From: an uncultured Dehalococcoidia bacterium
GTDB lineage: Bacteria; Chloroflexota; Dehalococcoidia; Lucifugimonadales; CAJWER01
Assembly: GCA_964608025.1 (NCBI GenBank)
Contig: CAZSLO010000023.1
Coordinates: forward strand, 193,578-257,577
DNA length: 64,000 nucleotides
Direction: 5' to 3'
Within the stretch, counting starts at the first letter, position 1; each line of letters begins with the position of its first letter. Below the pieces are notes generated by a model that was not told the DNA's origin, did not search any database, and saw only the letters and a list, made by a program, of their open reading frames with translations. A program made the translations under genes and the position numbers. Shown here in pieces: positions 59,500 through 64,000 of this stretch.

Positions 59500-60555
59500 A
59501 TGTTGAACAAACTTAAAGCCTTCAATACTTTTTCCATGTTATGCCTACCTCGTTGGACAGGATATTTATGGGGAATTGCATGTATGTTGGTAGTTGGCAT
59601 TGCCTGTACATCAGGGGAGCCACCCGTAGTGTTCACTTCAGATCGAGATGGCAACAAAGAAATTTATGCGGTTTATGTCGACGGTGGAGGTGAACTCAAT
59701 ATCACCCAGAGTGCAACTAACGAGTTCGAACCAATTGTATCTCCAGACAGAAAATGGATTGCGTTCTTATCGGGATCTGAATCAACTGGGAACGTGTCTC
59801 TTGAAGTCATTGCACGTAACGGGGTTTCACGACAACGTGTAACAGAAGTCCCCGGTGTCCACTCTAGTCATCGCTGGTCACCCGACTCGAGACGCATTGC
59901 TTATGCTTTGAATTCACGCGAAAACAAATCTGTTCATATAGGCAACATCGAGGGAGCTAAGCCCATACTCCTGACGGCGTTGGAAACAGAAGAAGTAGGA
60001 GGATGGTCCCCAAGTGGCAAGGAAGTGGTATTTGCTGTGCAAGATTCAGAAGAACAGGGGATATGGTCACGTAACCCAGACGGGGTAAATGAATTCCAAC
60101 TTTCCACTGATGTCGATTCAAGCCCTAGATGGTCTCCTGATGGCGAACGAATTGCATTCATATCACATAGGGATGGCAATCCTGAGATATATGTTATGAA
60201 TTGGGACGGTTCTGGTGCGACACGGCTTACCAATAATGAAGCTAAGGACGACACGATTTCTTGGTCTCCGGATAGTAAATCATTAGTGTTTGTATCTGAA
60301 CAAGATGGGAACCCCGAGATATATACCGCGGAAGTTTATTCAGGTGAAATTACGAGACTTACCTTCAACGAAATTCGGGACGGTCAGCCAGTTTGGTCTC
60401 CAAGTGGCACCCGGATTGCCTTTGTTTCGCATGTCCCTGACGAGATGAAATCTCAACAGGATGGCGATGCCGAAATATTTGTTATGGATGTTGATGGTGG
60501 TAATCAAATACGACTTACGAATAATGAATTCGAAGATATAAACCCCTCCTGGTAG
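59500..60555 (+). CDS. TolB-like PD40 beta-propeller lipoprotein
   Basis: VGIAC lipobox; repeated WSPDG..IAF.S..DGN.EIY motifs; AGGAG SD. Confidence 0.88.
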   Translation: MLNKLKAFNTFSMLCLPRWTGYLWGIACMLVVGIACTSGEPPVVFTSDRDGNKEIYAVYVDGGGELNITQSATNEFEPIVSPDRKWIAFLSGSESTGNVSLEVIARNGVSRQRVTEVPGVHSSHRWSPDSRRIAYALNSRENKSVHIGNIEGAKPILLTALETEEVGGWSPSGKEVVFAVQDSEEQGIWSRNPDGVNEFQLSTDVDSSPRWSPDGERIAFISHRDGNPEIYVMNWDGSGATRLTNNEAKDDTISWSPDSKSLVFVSEQDGNPEIYTAEVYSGEITRLTFNEIRDGQPVWSPSGTRIAFVSHVPDEMKSQQDGDAEIFVMDVDGGNQIRLTNNEFEDINPSW

Positions 60556-60651
60556 TTATGGGATTAGTCCTTCAGTGTGGATACGTTTGGTATGTCGTTG
60601 CTATAATTGAGGATAATCAAGCCTCGCGTACGATCCATCTACTCTAGATTT

Positions 60652-61830
60652 ATGGCATCTTCAAGCATTGCCGATACCACGCCCTCGTTGCCCGAACAAA
60701 CTCATGCCCCAACGAGTTATAGGAGGGTGGTAGTTAAAGCTGGAACAACTCTCTTGACCAAGGGTGAAGACAGGCTAAATCCGGAGAGCATGACTACCTT
60801 GGTGGAGCAGATAACAAAGCTACGTAGCAAATCTGTGGAAGTAATATTGGTGACTTCAGGAGCAGTGGCTGCCGGCCGGCATGTTCTAAAAAATACCCGG
60901 GAAGGTCGGGGAATACCTTTCAAACAAGTACTCGCTGCCACGGGGCAAGCTAGATTGATGCATGCCTATGAACAGCTATTTGATTGCCATAAAGTACCAG
61001 TGGCACAGGCCTTGCTGTCACGTAGAGATTTGACTGAAAGGTTGGGATATCTGAATGTTCGGAACACCCTCACTTCATTGATGGAACTGGGTGTGATCCC
61101 GATCGTGAATGAGAACGATGTTGTAGCAGTTGATGAACTATCAGGTGAGATATTTGGTGACAATGACAACTTATCTGCGATGGTTGCCAATCTCGTGGAT
61201 GCAGACCTATTGGTTATGTTAGGTCAGGTAGAAGGCCTGTTTACGGCAGATCCTCACTTGGATCCGAACGCCAAGCTGGTTTCAGTAGTCAACCAGTTTG
61301 ATGGGGAAATAGAGGCGATGGCAGGAGGTTCTTGGAGTAATTCAGGTCAAGGAGGGATGGTAACTAAGCTTGAAGCAGCTAGACTAGCCACTGCATCCGG
61401 AGTAGATGTTGTAGTTGCAAGTGGGCTTGAATCCGATGTTTTGTTTCGATTGACGATGATGGAGAAGATAGGCACGTTCTTTCCTGCAACTGGGTCTAAG
61501 GTGGAGAGCAGGAAACGGTGGATGCTGAGTGGTCTTTCCACAAAAGGACGAATAGTAGTAGATGAAGGGGCAGTCAGGGTACTTAAAGATGAAAAAAAGA
61601 GCCTGTTGCCAGCAGGGGTGATTTTGGTTGAAGGTTCTTTTAGCCGAGGAGATATTGTGGCTATACGGGACCTTAACGGTAATCAAATTGCGGTTGGGAT
61701 CACGAACTATGGATCCGATGATTTGGACAAGATCAAGGGTCACCAATCAAAAGAGGTAGAGAAAATGCTCGGTTATCAATTAGGAGAAGAAGTCGTGCAC
61801 CGGAACAATATGGTTAGCCTAAAATCCTAG
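60652..61830 (+). CDS. proB: Glutamate 5-kinase with PUA domain
   Basis: VVKAGT, VTSGAVAAG, AATGQ, NENDVV, FGDNDNLSA, GGMVTK, SLLPAG. Confidence 0.96.
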   Translation: MASSSIADTTPSLPEQTHAPTSYRRVVVKAGTTLLTKGEDRLNPESMTTLVEQITKLRSKSVEVILVTSGAVAAGRHVLKNTREGRGIPFKQVLAATGQARLMHAYEQLFDCHKVPVAQALLSRRDLTERLGYLNVRNTLTSLMELGVIPIVNENDVVAVDELSGEIFGDNDNLSAMVANLVDADLLVMLGQVEGLFTADPHLDPNAKLVSVVNQFDGEIEAMAGGSWSNSGQGGMVTKLEAARLATASGVDVVVASGLESDVLFRLTMMEKIGTFFPATGSKVESRKRWMLSGLSTKGRIVVDEGAVRVLKDEKKSLLPAGVILVEGSFSRGDIVAIRDLNGNQIAVGITNYGSDDLDKIKGHQSKEVEKMLGYQLGEEVVHRNNMVSLKS

Positions 61831-61850
61831 GGATAGGAGGCTTAGAGAGC

Positions 61851-63134
61851 TTGGAAGATATACCTGCTGAATCGGTTGATATGAAGGCGATAGGTAAGCG
61901 GTCTCGTCGGGCTGGCAGATCGCTTGCGATGTTATCTGCTGATCTTAAAAACCAAGTATTGCATAACATTGCAGATGGTTTGATTAAGAGACAGAAAGAG
62001 ATCATATCTGCTAACAAGATTGATTACGCAAACGCAGTCAATAATGGACTGGGTGCCGCTACTCTTGACCGTCTTTTGCTTGATTCTGAGAATATTGAGG
62101 CCATGGCTAGGGATGTGATGAAGGTTGCTTCTCTCCCAGATCCTATTGGAGAGACCACTGAGATGAAGGTTCTACCAAACGGTCTGCGTGTTGGTAAGCG
62201 GATTGTCCCGTTGGGAGTTATAGGAGCAATTTACGAGAGTCGACCAGCTGTCACAGTTGACATTTCGGTACTGTGTTTCAAGGCTGGAAACGCTGTGATA
62301 TTAAGAGGAGGCAGTGAAGCTTTCGAGTCAAATTCCGTATTAGCAATGATAGTCAGAGAGGGGATTGAGGCTGCAGGAGTATCAGCTGATGTTGTTGAAT
62401 TCATACCGTCAACTGACCGAGCATTAGTCGGCGAAATGTTGGGAATGAAAGACTATATTGATTTGATAATACCTCGGGGAGGATCTGAGTTGGTACGCCG
62501 TGTTGGCACTGAGGCTACTATGGCGGCTATAACTGGAGGCGTTGGGGTATGCCATATTTATGTGGATGAGGCCGCCAATGTGGATATGGCTGTATCAATA
62601 GTACACAATGCCAAGGTCCAGAGACCTTACGTATGTAATGCCCTAGACACAGTTCTTATTCATTCGTCAATAGCTTCGTTGTTTTTGCCCAAGATTGCTG
62701 ATGCTTGGTCGAATGATGGAGTCGAGATGCGCTGCGATCGCCGCAGTATGAGTGTCCTTGGACAGGCAAAATATCATGATGTGCAACTTGCAACTGGGGC
62801 AGATTGGGGCCAAGAATTTTTAGCATTGAAGACTGCTGTTAAGATGGTCGATTCAATCGAAGACGCGATCGATCATATAGAGAGATACACCTCTGGCCAT
62901 ACAGAGGCGATCGTGACTGACAATTATGAATCTGCTATGCGCTTTATGGATCAGGTTGACGCTGGAGTTGTGATGATAAACGCTAGTACGAGGTTTAACG
63001 ATGGAGCGCAGTTTGGCCTTGGTGCAGAAGTAGGGATTAGCACCAATAAGATGCATGCTCGTGGTCCTATAGGTTTGAAAGAGCTTACCTCGTATAAATG
63101 GACTGTTTTCGGATCTGGTCAAATACGTATTTAG
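61851..63134 (+). CDS. proA: Gamma-glutamyl phosphate reductase
   Basis: VPLGVIGAIYESRP, LRGGSEA, IPRGG, VCNALD, NASTRFNDG, GAEVGISTNKMHARGP. Confidence 0.97.
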   Translation: MEDIPAESVDMKAIGKRSRRAGRSLAMLSADLKNQVLHNIADGLIKRQKEIISANKIDYANAVNNGLGAATLDRLLLDSENIEAMARDVMKVASLPDPIGETTEMKVLPNGLRVGKRIVPLGVIGAIYESRPAVTVDISVLCFKAGNAVILRGGSEAFESNSVLAMIVREGIEAAGVSADVVEFIPSTDRALVGEMLGMKDYIDLIIPRGGSELVRRVGTEATMAAITGGVGVCHIYVDEAANVDMAVSIVHNAKVQRPYVCNALDTVLIHSSIASLFLPKIADAWSNDGVEMRCDRRSMSVLGQAKYHDVQLATGADWGQEFLALKTAVKMVDSIEDAIDHIERYTSGHTEAIVTDNYESAMRFMDQVDAGVVMINASTRFNDGAQFGLGAEVGISTNKMHARGPIGLKELTSYKWTVFGSGQIRI

Positions 63135-63162
63135 ATCAACAATCTAACGAGGTAGATTTAAC

Positions 63163-63477
63163 ATGGCGAGATACTTCTTCGAAAGAGAGTGCAGGACCCC
63201 ACATTCAGAATGTTACACGGTCTTAGTTGATGCCGATCCTATTGGGCGGGTGGATATACATTTTACCGATGTGATGATCCACTCTACTCTCAGTATTGGT
63301 GAGAGCCTTACTAACGACGATGTCCAAGATCTAATTGATGCTATTGATCAAGAACTACTTGATTCAGCAGGTATAACAAGACAGGAGATTGTCGTACATG
63401 TTCATCAAGGTAGGGATCTAGGTGTTTTCACGACTCGAGAGTTCGATGGCAATGGTGGCCACGAGCGATTGAGCTAA
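63163..63477 (+). CDS. Hypothetical protein (104 aa, acidic)
   Basis: GAGG SD; co-oriented 28 nt after proA; FERECRTPHSECY...GRVDIHF. Confidence 0.75.
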   Translation: MARYFFERECRTPHSECYTVLVDADPIGRVDIHFTDVMIHSTLSIGESLTNDDVQDLIDAIDQELLDSAGITRQEIVVHVHQGRDLGVFTTREFDGNGGHERLS

Positions 63478-63687
63478 ATCCAGTACGCTTTGTCCAAATA
63501 TATTTGATCCAATATTTTGGACTTTGGTGACTCTTTTGGCAAAACATAAGCTACGAGCGAATTAGTGAATCCCTGGGGAAAATTGGGTGACTGGGTCTAG
63601 TCCTTACATTCTTGGGGTAATCACCGCCACAGTGTCTTATTGTATGAGGATTTACTATGGTGGAGGTGGTTGTGTTTGTGTGGTTTC

Positions 63688-64000
63688 TCAAGGTACGTAT
63701 ACGAAGAATCCCTGTAGACGCCACAGATCCACACCTTCTAGGCGTAAAGTCACGACCTCTCCAGGCAGAACGGTCTTGGGTAGGTCTACCCTGATACGGA
63801 AGGGATATTCACGTAGTACAGTTAGGCCTGATGGGCGATTTTCATTCTCAAGAACTATGGCTTCAAAAAGATTGGGCCCATTTGGAGGGATCCTAGAATC
63901 ATCAAGAAATTTCAAGAACCAATATCTTTTCCTGGCAGCTTCAAGTTTTGAATATTCCCGAAGATGCATTTCAGCTCTATGTCCTATAGAGTTCATCTCA
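63688..64000 (-). CDS. C-terminal end of a probable RNB/RNase II-family exoribonuclease (partial, enters from window end)
   Basis: E..RKRYWFLKFL followed by an OB-fold-like tail PGEVVTLRLEGVDLW; catalytic core lies outside the window. Confidence 0.55.
   Translation of the reverse strand, partial: EMNSIGHRAEMHLREYSKLEAARKRYWFLKFLDDSRIPPNGPNLFEAIVLENENRPSGLTVLREYPFRIRVDLPKTVLPGEVVTLRLEGVDLWRLQGFFVYVP

Noticed and set aside
59630-60555. Repeated TGGTC(T/A/C)CC / GATGG..A motifs as CRISPR or DNA repeats
   Set aside because: They are degenerate codon-level echoes of PD40 (WSPDG) protein repeats.

Overview
Gene-dense chromosomal window of mostly core and metabolic genes. I found no rRNA, tRNA, CRISPR array, transposase, integrase or prophage by eye. 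Gene content (F420-dependent NpdG, paired amidohydrolases, GSA-like aminotransferase, amidase/GGT/SDR paralogues, tiny CxxC zinc-ribbon ORFs, EF-G paralogue) suggests Chloroflexota, probably Dehalococcoidia/SAR202; this is an inference. Housekeeping genes include glnS, mazG, a fusA paralogue, hspR-grpE-dnaK, sthA, thiL, recA, tilS, a nicotinate phosphoribosyltransferase, gyrA, menG, nnr and proBA. The main candidates for something new are: (1) a 9-gene minus-strand corrinoid methyl-transfer cluster (43305-51305) that joins a split methionine synthase and a RamA-type activator to an MtaA/CmuA-family Zn-thiol methyltransferase and two unknown Cys/His proteins; (2) an unannotated structured RNA of about 110 nt with its own sigma70 promoter, a 3' hairpin and repeated ATGCCAC/GTGGCAT sites, lying between a DUF5343-like gene and gyrA; (3) zinc-finger microproteins of 30 and 58 aa that are missed or mis-started in the ORF track; (4) several apparent pseudoenzymes and several leaderless genes. 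All family assignments come from motif recognition, not database searches.
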